Source of the DNA: Mizuhopecten yessoensis
Taxonomy: Eukaryota
Length of the DNA stretch: 64,000 bases
Reading direction: 5' to 3'
Assembly (NCBI RefSeq): GCF_002113885.1
Contig: NW_018403789.1
Coordinates: 1,045,570-1,109,569 of the forward strand
The notes below the pieces were generated by a model. That model was not told where the DNA came from. It saw only the letters and a program-made list of their open reading frames with translations, and made no database searches. Each line of letters begins with the position of its first letter. The stretch's first letter is position 1. The position numbers and the translations under genes were made by a program. This document shows, in pieces, positions 21,501 through 34,828 of this stretch.

Positions 21501-24157
21501 AGGAGGGAGGAATGTAGCAAAACTAGGCTGGGTCGATCCTCAGCGCCCAAGTGGCTCAGTTGTTAGAGCGTCTGTCTAAAGTTCAGAGAGTCCTGGATTC
21601 GAACTCCGGTCTAGCTCTGACCGTGCATTTCCCCGCTCCTGTTACACATGTGTACAAGGTGCGATGATCAAGAACTAGTTCGAGTTGAACTTGACATATA
21701 TTCGAAACCAAGTCTTACTGTCACGGTATATATATAGGTACATGTATATGTATATCTTTTCTGCTCCCCTTCGTGACAATTAAAGACTTACGGCTTACTA
21801 TTTGATTAGTTCCATACATCAATACCTTACCCTAATCTTGTATTTTGAAGATTATGAGAACACCTTTTTTGAGATCGTTATGCTCCCGTGCCATTCACTT
21901 TGATAGTTTAATTAAAACACAACTCTGAGATAGCAGGTTCTGCAGGATTCCGTAGCGGTTTCTAGATTAGTGAACTCGTGATCGGAACACCGATTCTGTC
22001 ATGAGAAAACCCAGGAATGCAGAGTTGATACGGGGTATCAAAAGTGAGAACCTTGTATTTCGAAGTTGGTGGTGCCGGTGAAATCCAAGCGGTGACATTT
22101 AAGCAACCTTTTTATCTCGACTTTCTGTCTGCATGAATTTTGTATTTCGAAATGTCCGTCATCAAAAGTCTGTTTAAATATGATAGTATTGTTTGAAAAT
22201 ATTTGCTACCTAATGACAAAATACAAATGTACCAATCCACCACTGGTCACAAACGATAACCCTAATGTACCAATCCACCACTGGTCACAAACGATAACCC
22301 TAATGTACCAATCCACCACTGGTCACAAACGATAACCCTAATGTACCAATCCACCACTGGTCACAAACGATAACCCTAATGTACCAATCCACCACTGGTC
22401 ACAAACGATAACCCTAATGTACCAATCCACCACTGGTCACAAACGATAACCCTAATGTACCAATCCACCACTGGTCACAAACGATAACCCTAATGTACCA
22501 ATCCACCACTGGTCACAAACGATAACCCTAATGTACCAATCCACCACTGGTCACAAACGATAACCCTAATGTACCAATCCACCACTGGTCACAAACGATA
22601 ACCCTAATGTCCTCTTCAGCACAAGCCAGGAAATAATTAATAAGATCAGACTTTAAACGAAATGAAACAGGTGAAGTTTAAGAGGATCAGACTTCAAACG
22701 AAATGAAACAGGTCGGTTTTCTTTTCAATTAGACATAAAAAACAAGCTATTTAAATGTTGTTAAACATGAAACAAGATTTTGATTTGAATGCATGACTGT
22801 TTGCAGGCCGGTCTCCGTGCCTAGTATTGTGTACTTTTTTAGATTAGTTTACAAGTCTCTTCTATTGAACATTAAACCTGTGTAGTCGTTACTCTAATTG
22901 CCTTAACCTATTTTACTGTATGCAATCTACGTTACATACTATACTATGGGTGTCTAAAATGTTTGTATTCCCACCCGGAAAGTGCTTAGGTAAGGCCTCC
23001 CACCTATATATTTGTTGGAGGGGAACTAACATGTACATAATATATACAACAACATTTGATATAGCACCCTATCTAACTAACATAGGCCACTCTAAAGCGC
23101 TTTACAGTACATGGAGATACAATGGATACAATTAGCATAGACATTAATCAATACAATTTTATGTAATGAATCGAGTTGTCATCTCCAAAATATTATAACC
23201 TCATGGCAGGGACACTTATTAATTAGATAAAAACAAATACTGTAAATGATGACCAGGTGCCTAAAATGTCCGTTTGTCCTTTTCAGGGTTTTGATGGTGG
23301 TCCTGTGGCTCCCTCCTTGTATTCTAGACCGGGTAAACAACTCCGTACCTTACGAATGCACCTGGGAACCATCCAAAAACAAGGAGTTCGTCATTGTCAT
23401 AGCAACCATTGGCCATCATGGATCATTCGTCGTCATGTTGTTATGCTATATAAGAGTCTTTCTTGTTGTTCTAAACCGGAAGAAGGTTGGGGCGGTATAT
23501 CATCATACTAGTCCAGAACTCGTGAGGAAAACAACGAATCTTGTTAAAATTTATGCAAAGTCAGATACAGACATAAATCTTTCAGATCAAGCGACTGAAA
23601 AAGCTCTGAAAGCATCATCGGCTGAAAAGGTTGGTGATCAAAAACTTGGACCGGAAATGACGACGAATTCAGCGTTTCCCTGGAAGAGTGACCCGTATCT
23701 CAGACCTGACTCGTGTAAAACGTTATTGGAAAAGAACGACAAGAAAGCATTTGTTTCTACCGTTACCATAACAACAGCAGCGTCCGGAGCACTGGAGACG
23801 GATAGTCATACAAGTGACCTTCCGTCTAAAAATGACCAGGAGAGACCACACATAAGGGACCGAGGTCATTCCAAGAAGAGGAAACAAAAAGAGGACAGAA
23901 AATACGAACGAAACGAAAGGAAAGTTTTCAAAACTCTAACCTACATTTTAGTCGGTTACGTTATCTGTTGGCTTCCGTTTCACATTGTGTTTGACGTCAG
24001 TTGTGCCATGCCGGAAGTAGTCCCGCCACTTGTTTTCAATATCACATTTTGGTTGTCGTACATGAATTCCACGATAAACCCATTCCTTTATAATTTTAGC
24101 AGTGCCGAATTTCGTGCCGCTTCTAAGGCTCTGCTATGCAGAAAACGTCGCACTTAA
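18110..24157 (+). CDS. Class A (rhodopsin-like) GPCR of biogenic-amine receptor type; exons 18110-18588 and 23287-24157 (alternative starts at 18035 or 18131)
   Basis: GN (TM1), NLAVTD (TM2), WPFG..C, TM3 Asp (WIFVDY), DRF, long IL3, CWLPF and NPFLY motifs; N-terminal NSS/NST sequons. A phase-2 intron TG|GTAAGT...TTTCAG|G rebuilds the TM4 Trp. Confidence 0.92.
21543..21646 (+). mobile_element. tRNA-derived SINE or tRNA-like repeat in the GPCR intron
   Basis: A box TGGCTCAGTTG and B box GGATTCGAACTCC, followed by a non-tRNA tail (CATTTCCCCGCTCCTGTTACA). Confidence 0.65.
22226..22610. repeat. Perfect 38-bp minisatellite (AATGTACCAATCCACCACTGGTCACAAACGATAACCCT)x10 in the GPCR intron
   Basis: Ten identical head-to-tail units with no spacers. 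Confidence 0.97.
23287..24157 (+). CDS. GPCR exon 2 (TM4 to C-terminus)
   Basis: Acceptor TTTGTCCTTTTCAG at 23286, in frame with ORF 23246-24157. Confidence 0.9.
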
Positions 24158-24722
24158 AAAAGCACTTTTTTGTATTGTGCATTTGCTGTGGTATCGTGGA
24201 TTAACTGAAGATCGTGGTTCATAATCGTTGTATATGTATTTTTAACTCAGGGGAGATCATAAACACACAAAAATTCAAATGTAGAGGCACTTTGACAAAA
24301 GAACTATCATCTTTTACAGGAAGAAATCTTGAAGATGCCCAGTTTGTAGATTGATAGGTTAAACCGACTTGAAATTGTTGAGTTAGTATTACGTTGGATT
24401 ATGTTGTGTTCGGCGATAAATCAGCCAATGGTATACTGTTGACATAGGGGATGGACACGATTGTGAGGTTGATTTTGATAATCAAATACGTATGAATTCG
24501 AATATCCTATGTATTTAGTCAAGCCACAATGACCTGTCGTGTTGAACTCTGGTTACCATATTCATAATAGGTGAGTTAATGTTCTTATAGGCGGAATATG
24601 CAGATCTATCATTAAAAAAAGTGATCAGCGATGTTACTGGTCGAACAGTTGTAACACTATGGGGCGTGCATAGTGTAAACTATATATAAATACCAATGCC
24701 AAATATAGATAATCCACGTACA

Positions 24723-24831
24723 GTTCAACGGGAAAGGTCAACGTGAAAGTTCAACTTGAAAGTTCAGCGTGAAAGGTCAACGTGAAAGTTCAGCGTGAAA
24801 GGTCGACAGGAAAGGTCAACGTGAAAGGTCA
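24723..24831. repeat. 13-bp tandem repeat (CAACGTGAAAGGT-like), about 8 copies
   Basis: Read directly from the sequence. Confidence 0.8.
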
Positions 24832-27800
24832 TTTTGGTCTGACTATCACATTTAACTTGTTATGTATATATTTTAGTTTTATTGTGGTCGATATGATACA
24901 ACGAATATGATTACAGCGAATATATGGATAATTGAATGTCTCAAGTTAAAACTCACATATTGTACCAAAAGATTAAGGAATTCTATCAACGAAATCGTTT
25001 ATGAACTTGAAATTGCGAGAAATGTGTTATATACCTTGTTGTGATGACAGGTTTTGACCAAATTGCGCAATTCAGTGGAACCACCGAAACAAGGACATTT
25101 TGTTTTATTACTTACAAACGTGCGAAGAGTTTAACATTACTTCTGTTTTTCAGACAATGACACACTTGATATAAAAGTTTTAGAGTATATAAATAAGGGG
25201 AACCGTAATATAAATGTAAGACTGCATTGTGATAACAAACCATGGTGTGTGTTTTTATATCGGGTTCCTATAAATTGTGAGCTGAGATATGAAATAAAGG
25301 CGCACGTGCCCGGTGTTATACATGCACATTACTATATACGTACAGTTTAGTTTGTTTGTTGTCCCGTTCAGCCAGACCAAGCAGCCTTGGTTCTACTTCA
25401 AGCCGAGCCAGATGCTACCTAAATGAGTGATGATGTTTATACTGTAAACACGGATGACGTCACCACATTAAAACAGTACCATAAGAAGGATTAGCACGAC
25501 ATTCGGTGACACAGGGGAAGATGTTGCTTCACATTGTTCCTGGACATGAATTTAAATCAAATGGAGATTGTTTGTATACGATACAGAGGGACTTAGTTTG
25601 AGACAATAACCTGGTAATTACGATAACATCGTTATTATCATTACGTTACAATGTTTGTGTGCACTTTCAATATCAGAGGTCCCACGACACTCATTAACGA
25701 CATTAGTACAACCATTATTACGCGCGCAGTGCCTCCGCTAGACCCATCTGTGGTCACATCGTAAACAGCGCCTCTACAGATCGATCGCGGGTGTTCATGA
25801 CTGGCACATTTGTACTAAAGTGTTCGATTAAGCAGGTCATCAAATAGCCAACTCATTACTCGCATCAGATACAATCAACAGCGGAAGTGACATATACAAA
25901 TGTAACGAGATGAATGCTTACACCGGAAGTAGATATAACGGGACTGGAAGTTGATCAATTTTGACACGATAAACTAATGAAATTATTTTTCACGAAGATA
26001 CAGCTGCTGTGGTGTATGGTCTACAGTTTACATTCTAGTTTCATTATTAGTAATATTCCAACATGTATTCCTTAGTTACGTTTTGTGACACAATATGTTT
26101 TTTCTTTTATCTGAAAAATGTAATATTTATATTAACTGTACCCGGTTTCTGAAAGATAACGCACTGAGTTATTTTTTTTACAGAAAACAAAATAACACTC
26201 CCAATTTAAAAGCAGTTGGTAAAACACAGGTTTTTTCATAATGTATAAAACACATTTTTTCAAGACTTTTTCCAAGCAGTCTCCGCTTTGGGTGGAGCAA
26301 AGAAAAAACTTGGTTATGAGGCTCTTTGTACACATTGAATGGTTCTGATTGTTGGTGGTCCCCTGGCCTTATCTTAACGCAATATCGATTTTGATCAAAG
26401 CAATTTTACAGTTTAATAAAATCATTACCGCTTTATTTGTGATTCATACATGAACATGTCGTATACATAGCATCACTATATATAGAGGACACCTAGGTAG
26501 AATAGCACAACGATATGTTTTCGTAATTTTGTTAAAAGTCCAAATGTTTACCTATACCCCTCAATAGCGAGAGTTAATATAAACGTACATTGGACATGTT
26601 TCATTTTACTTGTTTACATGTGATTCCATAATTTAATATCTCTGGAAAGCATATCATTTGCACAATTATCTTTGATATCATAAACAAATATTTCGATATT
26701 GTTTAGACACACACTTAAATCAAAACTAAAGTATACACTTTTCGTATGAATAAACTCTTCGATGAAATATGCATTCGTTTTGTACAATGCATAAGCCACA
26801 AGACCTTCGTAAAGTTCATAATATTATTTGAACCTACTTAGCAGAGCCATAGTGATCACTATTTGTATGATGAAGACGATTCCCATTCCCGCTTTTGTTA
26901 ATGCGACATTAAATCACACATAATCACAAGCAGGGCCAAATGTACAACATCAATACACGTCATATATCAATGTATCGGTTATCAGATAATTCTGGCCAAG
27001 TTGAATTATCTTCTAAATCGAAATAGCCGAGGGCCGATAATTGTGTACTTATAGCGTAAGACGGACTCGTTGATTGTCATCAGTGGCTACTATCGGCAAA
27101 TCTCCTAGCCTCTTCCCCCGTCATTACATGCCTTCACATACATGTAAACACTCAAGACTTCTGTTCTGATAGAATAGTAAATACTGTTGTTTATGAGGTT
27201 TTTAGTTTTCTTGATTTACTGAGCGTCGTAGTTGGACATGTATTTGTCCCCCGAGAATGAATTGTCTGGAGTCTGGTTAAGTTGACAAAATATCACCGAG
27301 GTACTTGTATGCATGTAGTGTGTATTCCCACATATGCAGTGCGGTATGGAGTTTGGTTAGCAACCGGTTGTCTCTACTATTAAACACAGATCTGCAAAAA
27401 AGATATGTTTGTGAATCGTGTATTAATTATGGTATATTGGCAGGGGAAATATGGAACGAATTAATTTTTAAATAAAAAAAAAAAAATGATAAGTTTTGGC
27501 TTCGAAATAAAAGCTATCTGAAAACCATGGCGCGACACCATACGATAAAATGTGATTTAATTTTAGAGTTGTCTCCCTTAAGCTACACGAGGTCAGTGGA
27601 ATCTTATCAACAACATTCACGGTAAGAACTAAGATAAAAGTATACGATGAGTGATTATCACACCCCACAGTTGTAATTCTGGTGTTATGTATTGTTGATT
27701 GTTATTACTGTGTAGGTGATTACGTTACACAAACACAGCGACAACGTAGAGTCCGATTTAAGTATCACGAGGAAGTAAGGGGCTCGACAAGGGGTATTTA

Positions 27801-28236
27801 TTATATGTTAACATATTATCCCAAAAATCGCCTTGATAAGTTTTGGGACACTGGCGACAGGGTGTTTACAATAACACCCGAGTGATGTCACATACACTAT
27901 ATTACATGTATATAATTATTATTTGAAGGACTGTGATCTGAATATAGAGGCAAATGTATATGTGCCTGCGTTCAAAATAATCTAAATAAAAGTTAATCTA
28001 AGTTAAGTTAACATGAAGTTAAGTTAAGTTACCACAGGGACCTGATGATTTGAGCAATACTTGGACCTAAACTATGGATTTCAGGGTAGTTTTACACGTT
28101 TTAGGGGTTTATATCATAAAAATACCACCCCTAATGATGTAAAAATGCCATTTCCATTCTCCAATGATGTCCGATATATACGAGTATAGGCCTACATTAA
28201 AATCTGGGATGGCATTTTTACCGAAAGTTGATCTTC

Positions 28237-31200
28237 AAAATCAATCAAATCAAATCGAAATCAAAAGTTTTATTTAACGTCGGTATGGTTAAAAACAATA
28301 CAACATTAGCTCTAATGAGCTATTAAAACCGACACATCAAATGACATGCACAGTTACACAATAAATATTTGGCAAAACATATTAAAAGATGAGCACTATC
28401 TAATAGAGAGGTGACATAGATAGAGGTAAGCTTAGCTAAAAACATGTATAACTGTATTGGGAGCCTATGCGTTTTGTCTGCATGTGTTTCATTTGCATTT
28501 TGGCCGATACCAGCTGTTTATTAGTGTCTTAAATTGTGTTAGTGTAGTTGTTCTGAAGTGGTTTGATAGGGCATTGCATATTTTAGGTGCTTCGAATTCA
28601 GATCGAAATGAATGTTTACCATACTTTATGTTGGTGTCTGTTTATTAGTGATTTTAAATACTTCTATTGCAAAATTTCTGAGTCGTCTGATTTTGAGTGA
28701 TGGTAATTTTGAACGGGCTAGTAAATTTTCATATGTATTTTCGTGTTCATCGTAAATACATTTTAAAGCCCTTTCTTGTATTTTTTCATTTTTGTGTGTG
28801 TTTGTCTCACCGCAAAAGTCCCATGTTAGTGGACAGAAATAAAAATTTGAGAGAATAAATGAATGGTATATCGAAAGTTCATATGCGTTTGAGTGAGTTG
28901 AGCTGTCTAGATGCTTTTTTGCAGATGTTGGATACATGTGTATGGAAGTCTATGGTGACCCCTAGTAATTTTACTTCTGGTTCACATTTTATTGAGTTGT
29001 TGCCTATGTTGAAAGTAATGTTTTCATTGTGTGCTTTGTTTCCTACGGCCATGGCTTGAAATTTGTCTGGGCTTGCTTGCCTTTGATTGTTTGCGAACCA
29101 GCGAATGAGTGAATTACAGTCTGTTTGTAGTGAGGTTTTGACTCTGTCTAGTGAAGTGTGTGCTTTACTAATTGTATTGTCATCAGCGTAGTTAGAAAGT
29201 TTACAGTGTTGTATGATGTGGAAAATGTCGTTTATGAAAATACTGAACAGAATTGGGCCTAAAATTGATCCCGAGGGACTCCTTTGTATAGTTCCTGAAA
29301 AGTACTTTCATAATTTGACATTTTGTTTTCTGTTTTGAGGTAATTGGACAATAGTTCTGAAGCCGAAATAGAAAGTCCATAATTTTGTAGTTTTAGCAGA
29401 AGGAGGTTGTGAGGCAGACAGTCAAAAGCCTTTGAGAGATCCATAAGTATGCAGCCTACATACTTGTTCTGGTCAAGTGCCATTTTCCAATCCTCTATGA
29501 CTCCCAATACTGCTGTCTGATATCCGTATCCAGCTCTGAATGCAGAGAGGTAGGGATAAAAAACACCATCAAAGCAGTCACTGAGTTGGGAGTGTATGGA
29601 TCTCTCAAAGACTTTGGAGAGTGCCGGGAGTATATTTACCGGTCTGTATTTTCCTTTCTCAAGGGTGCTGTTCTTTTTGTGCATTGGTCTGACTTGTGCT
29701 GTTTTTAGTGTGTCTGGAAATGTTGATGTAGTGAGAGAGATTTACAAGTGTGGTGACTGGTTTGATAATGCTGGGTTGGGCTAGTCGTAGTAGTTTGGGT
29801 GAAATATTGTCGTGTCCTGTTGCTTTTCTAGGGTTTATTTTGTTTAACTGACTGTTTATGAAATCTTCGTCTTTAGGTTGAAATGTGAAGCGTTTATCTT
29901 GTTGTCTGTTTTTGGTGACTGCCTGTAGGCTAGGGTGTTCATCATTTATGGGTCGGCTGGTTGATTCAATATTCTTTGCAACATCTACTTCGTTTTGTTT
30001 GTTGACTATCCTACCCTGTTCTTCTAATGTAATGTCTACTTGATTTGGCAGCCTTTGTTTGTTATAAATGGTTTTATTATTTACCAAAAGTTTTGGTTGT
30101 TTTGGCCCCAGTGCATCTGTCTATAAAGTAGTGTTTTATTGATTGTTTTCCGAGTTTGGTGACTTTGTGTCTCTGTGTTCTATATTTTTCCCAGTTGTGT
30201 TTGGTGCGATTTGAGAGGAACTTGTTGTGAAGCATCTTTTTGTGATAAATTTCTTGTCTGAGTTTTTGTTCATGAAGGTTGCTTTGTTTAATCTGGCTTT
30301 TCTTTGTTTTATTGGGGCGTGTTTTTTATAATTTCTGTTAGTGTGTTACTTAAATGGTTGTATGCTGTGTTGACATCTGTGTGTTTTACAGTTTCTTCTA
30401 ATGCTGCATTATGTAGGTCAGTGTGAAAATGTTCAATGTTAAAATCTCTAAAACTTCTATATGTTAACAATGGTTGTTTCCTCACAGATATTTTGCTTTT
30501 GAATTGAAAGGATATCAAATTATGTACATCGCTGATACCAGCATTAAAATTACATATATTCCCAGTTAATAATGGTTTGTTGGTTAAAATCACATCAATT
30601 AACGTTGGTTCAGTGTTTTTCGGGTGGCAAGTTTTTTCTTTAACTAAGTTGGACAAATCAAAAATTTCACACATATTCTGCAAAGGCTGACCTTTAGGTG
30701 TTAGTAGGTCATAATTTATTTCCCCGATAACCGTCAGATTGTCATATTTTGTAGTGCACCTGTCGAAAGTTTTGCAAAAATCATCCGTAAATTTACTTTC
30801 TGTCGTGTTAGGAGGCCAGTGGCGGATCCAGAGGGGTTTTTTGGGCTTCAGGAAACCCCCCCACCCTGAGAATTTTCTTTAAAAATCATGTATTTTCACC
30901 ATTTTCCTCAATTTTTCCCCACATGGAAACCCCCCCAGGAAATTTGGAAACCCCCCCAGAAAGGTCTCTGGATCCGCCACTGGAGGCCGATATACACCTT
31001 GAATAAGCCATTTAATATTATTTAAATTTAGTTCAATAGAGATGGATTCCATATTTCCAAAGTCCATTTCTTTAACATGATGACCTGGCAAGTCTAATCG
31101 GAAGCATGCCGCTATTCCTCCTCCGTGAGAATACCTATCGGCCCTCCATAGGTGGTAATTTTTTACACTGAATTGCGAGTCCGGAAAACTGTAGTCTAAT

Positions 31201-31404
31201 TTTGTTTCGGATATAAAAAGTAAGTCAACACTATAATGGTCAAGGAGTTCTCTGATATATTCAAATGTATGTCTCAAACTGTTAATATTTAGATACGCAC
31301 ATATATAAAGTTTGAAGGATGTTTCTTACGAGATTCCCGTAGATCTGTAAACACGGAAAGGGAAGGGAGATCACTCTCATCGTCTTCCGGTGAATTATCT
31401 GCAT
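28237..31404 (-). mobile_element. Degenerate CR1/L2-group LINE ORF2 (APE plus RT) with (TTGAT)n-type tail
   Basis: ISETKLD, GGGI, YRPP, TLIDVILTN, SDVH, KATGHDNI, YRPVNILP, DLSKAFD, GVP and YADD (29184-29195) motifs; several frameshifts. Confidence 0.9.
30817..30982. mobile_element. 166-bp MITE inserted in the LINE endonuclease region
   Basis: TIRs CAGTGGCGGATCCAGAG / CTCTGGATCCGCCACTG; direct duplication GAGGC on both sides. Removing it restores VYRPPNTTESKF. Confidence 0.9.
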
Positions 31405-32200
31405 TCACCCCTTAAACGTGAAAAAATACTTTAGCTGTAACAGATTCTCAAGTCCCTGTGTAAGGTACTACTATGGCGAACTGGTCAACCTGGGAAGCGA
31501 GCAATTTGAATATCTTCATATTATACATTAAAATAATTGCAATGTATACTTGTATGACTTGAATTCTATGGGGTTTTCCACTGCTTTCCATAATGTTCAA
31601 AATCGCAGAAAAATGTATCTGAAATTACTGTAGATGTAAAAAGTTACAATGTACGATATGTCCATAGGGTACCTGAAATAAAAGTTTAAAGCAATATCTT
31701 GAATTGATAGTTTATAGCACTTATGTCAGATCGATAGGTATCCCTAACACATTTACCCTTCTAACAAGTCATTTTGTATAGAAACCAAAATTGTCAGTAT
31801 GTTTCCAAAACACTAGATATCGAAGAACAGAGTTCTGAGTAATTTTACACGTTTTTGGGGTTATGATCAACTTTTTGTAAATTACGTTAAAATAATGATT
31901 AAATTAAAAGTTTATCTCAATCTCTTAACGTGTAAAGTTACTCTGAACACCTCATATGTCCAAATATAGCTGTAACAAATTATAAGGTCCCCTTGAAATT
32001 AGCGAGGTTCCTTTCCATCTATAGTATAATACATGTACCTTTTATAATATAGATTTTGGTCTTCAATGCTAAACAGAACCCAGTAAATATAATTTAACAA
32101 AAAAGTATGTAACATACATGTAACTACCTAACTATTTTCACCGAGGATATTATGTTTCAGATACATTAAGGGACAACGCCCCGAGTCATTGCCAGTCAGC

Positions 32201-32986
32201 ATGGCTTCGGCCATAACACCTGGAATAGACCTTCCGACGGACATCCGACAGTTTGTTGGCACGTACATGGGTAAAAAGATTAAACAAAATGCACGTGAAT
32301 TATTCACTAATATCAGACTTGTTGATTTACACGTGAAACCGTCGTATCTGTTGGACTTTGGTGTGGAGGGTATCGAAAAACTCGTGTCACTGATAGAGGA
32401 GATGAAGACTAGGAGATACATAACAAATATCTTAAATATATTACAACTTGGTATGGATGTTATTATAATGTGTCCGACAATTATTAAAACGATGCAATGC
32501 CCATCAACCGAATGGGAGTCTAAATTCACTATCGTTGATGTCAGCAAACGACGAGGTGCACCGGAAGTTATGTGTAAATGTGTTCACGTCTTTGGCCAAT
32601 TAAAACAGGTGATCAGTACTATAGATCCGGATTTTGAGCATATCAGGTTGGTCATTGTGGACTGTAAAACTGCAAACTTGACCACCATTTTCGGCCTGTT
32701 GCTAGGTTACCCAGTCGTATATTGGTTTGAAAACGAGGATGGATTAATGGCGAACTGTTTAGACATGGAACCTCTCGTGAACTTCAAGGTTATGGGTCAA
32801 GGTCAAAAGAACGAAAGTGAACATTGTGTATACTCTTTTTCCATCCCACAACGTGTGTTTGCTAACCTTCAGGATAAGGTTACTGAATGGTTCAAGGTCA
32901 TTTATGACAATTCTGAGTGGACACGTGTCTTTTGTGATCTGACCTTAACCCACACGACTGTACAGTTAAATACAGTCGCTTTATGA
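32201..32986 (+). CDS. C1orf74: UPF0739 protein C1orf74-like (DUF4504) homolog, single coding exon, 261 aa
   Basis: Intact ORF from ATG 32201 with recalled family motifs VDLHVKPSYLLDF, NLTTIFGLLLGYPVVYWF, NCL, YSFSIP and C-terminal VAL; acceptor TGTTTCAG at 32160 upstream. Confidence 0.8.
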   Translation: MASAITPGIDLPTDIRQFVGTYMGKKIKQNARELFTNIRLVDLHVKPSYLLDFGVEGIEKLVSLIEEMKTRRYITNILNILQLGMDVIIMCPTIIKTMQCPSTEWESKFTIVDVSKRRGAPEVMCKCVHVFGQLKQVISTIDPDFEHIRLVIVDCKTANLTTIFGLLLGYPVVYWFENEDGLMANCLDMEPLVNFKVMGQGQKNESEHCVYSFSIPQRVFANLQDKVTEWFKVIYDNSEWTRVFCDLTLTHTTVQLNTVAL

Positions 32987-34766
32987 ATATATTTATTTAC
33001 TCTACCGTAGGAATTTACAGCTTCGAGCACAGTCAGTGTGTTTTAAATACAAAAGACGAAATTAACATAGAATCATCCATCATAATAAAGAACCGTTTAT
33101 CAGTAAGTGTTATAACACCATCATATCACATAATAGACCTACATATCACGTCGTTTACGTATAACCTCATTTACATGTACTACACATGTAACACTCACTG
33201 TGACGTCAGACTTTGGAAAATAGACATGGCGTAATGGTATTGTGACGTCACATTGAGCAATGTATATGAAGTCAAAATGTTGAGATCGAAATTCTATGTT
33301 AACTTAAATAAATTGATAAAAAGCGATATCAGATTCTCATTCAATTGAACTCGCTCGAATTTTTTTTCTTTCGATCTCATCTCTAAAAACGAAAACTGTT
33401 TCACCCCTTTTTCAAAAAAAAATAAAAAAATAAATAATGAAAAAACGTTTAAGATTTTATGAGCTTTATGTGTCCTAATATTTACGTTCACAATAGCAAA
33501 GAAAGAATAATAAATAAAAAAAATCAACTTACCCGACGGTTTTACCGTTTTTCACAGTTAATGTTTCATTTCGAATGAAGCATTACCGAAATTCGGAACA
33601 GCCTTTGGTGGAAACACCGTCGTATTTTGTATTGTTACCTATTCCGTCAAGCATGAAAAGAAAACCATTCGGGAATTTCCGTCAAAATTTGAATTTCACA
33701 TTAGTCATAATATATGCTTAATTACTCTAACACAATATGCACGTGTTATATGTGTAGTTTTGTGAAATTTTCTTGCTTTCTACGGAATATAACATTTTGC
33801 TGGTGTGCCTGTATGTGTAGACAATGTATTGTGTGAGGGGTATTCTTGGTGGAAATTCTAAATTACATGTAAAAGTAGAAGTTTTAGCCGACAATATCTG
33901 ATTAATCAAGACTATATCCAAGATATACAGATTTAAAGAAGTGAGATAAGAAAAGATATATATCCCGGCATGTGTTGCAATGGAAGCAGCAGATTAATGT
34001 TGGTCCCCTCCGTGTCCCTTCAGCAGATCAGACAAATTAATATTCAGGGGAGTCCAACAACGCCTCGAAATACATGTATAATAGGCAGTGGGACGGCGCA
34101 GGCCTTTTCTTTTCCAGAAGGTGCAGGTGTTCCTCTGACCTGTATCGCTAATGACTTGTTTATGGATATAACCAATTATGTACATTACGATAAATCAAAT
34201 TATATATGGCATGGCAAATAGATGTGGCCGAGATTGTGTTATACTAGAGAGATTCATCGTAAATTATCGATAAATGGGACACATATCTACATGTGTATTC
34301 TTACAACCCTCTGATCTAATACGTATATACAAAGTACGATTTTATCAAATCGATAACCCTCCAAGAAGAAACGTCATTCCGACTATAGCGCATCGACCGT
34401 GTGTTAAACGTTTATTGGTCAAATGCAGCGCGTTGACCGGTAGGCCGTTGGTCAATTGTACATGCCTATACAACTCGGATATCGACTTACCTGAAATACA
34501 ATACATGTACAAGGAAATGCAATTATGACGCAGATTTCTCATATCCCCATGGACTCTAAACTCTAAACATGGACTTGCATATAATTGATTGTAGGTATGA
34601 ACAGTATCGTATTTTTACATATGAAAATGTTTGACACAATACCGTACAACGGGTTATTTACGCTGACTTCTATTACGCGGGTTATATTTTCGCGATCTAG
34701 ACTGTGTAGGAACTAAATTTCCGCGGCGTTTTGGCATAGACACGGGACACTCGGCATATACTATTA

Positions 34767-34828
34767 GTTATATAGTCAGTTACTGACCCTCTATGGTTCT
34801 GTAGAGGGTCAGTAACTGACTATATAAC
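34767..34828. repeat. Perfect 27-bp-arm inverted repeat with an 8-nt loop
   Basis: GTTATATAGTCAGTTACTGACCCTCTA-TGGTTCTG-TAGAGGGTCAGTAACTGACTATATAAC. Confidence 0.9.

Larger units (their letters stand above)
28033..31460. mobile_element. CACAGGG-family MITE split by a LINE insertion
   Basis: Left arm CACAGGGACCTGATGATTTG...(28033-28236) and right arm ...CCCTTAAACGTG...AGCTGTAACAGATTCTCAAGTCCCTGTG (about 31405-31460) flank the LINE. Confidence 0.7.

Noticed and set aside
21543-21620. Functional tRNA gene
   Set aside because: A and B boxes are present, but the acceptor stem does not pair, a non-tRNA tail follows and a diverged copy exists at 16865; better explained as a SINE.
22226-22610. CRISPR-like array (38-bp repeat)
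   Set aside because: Units are contiguous with no unique spacers, there are no cas genes, and the context is a eukaryotic intron.
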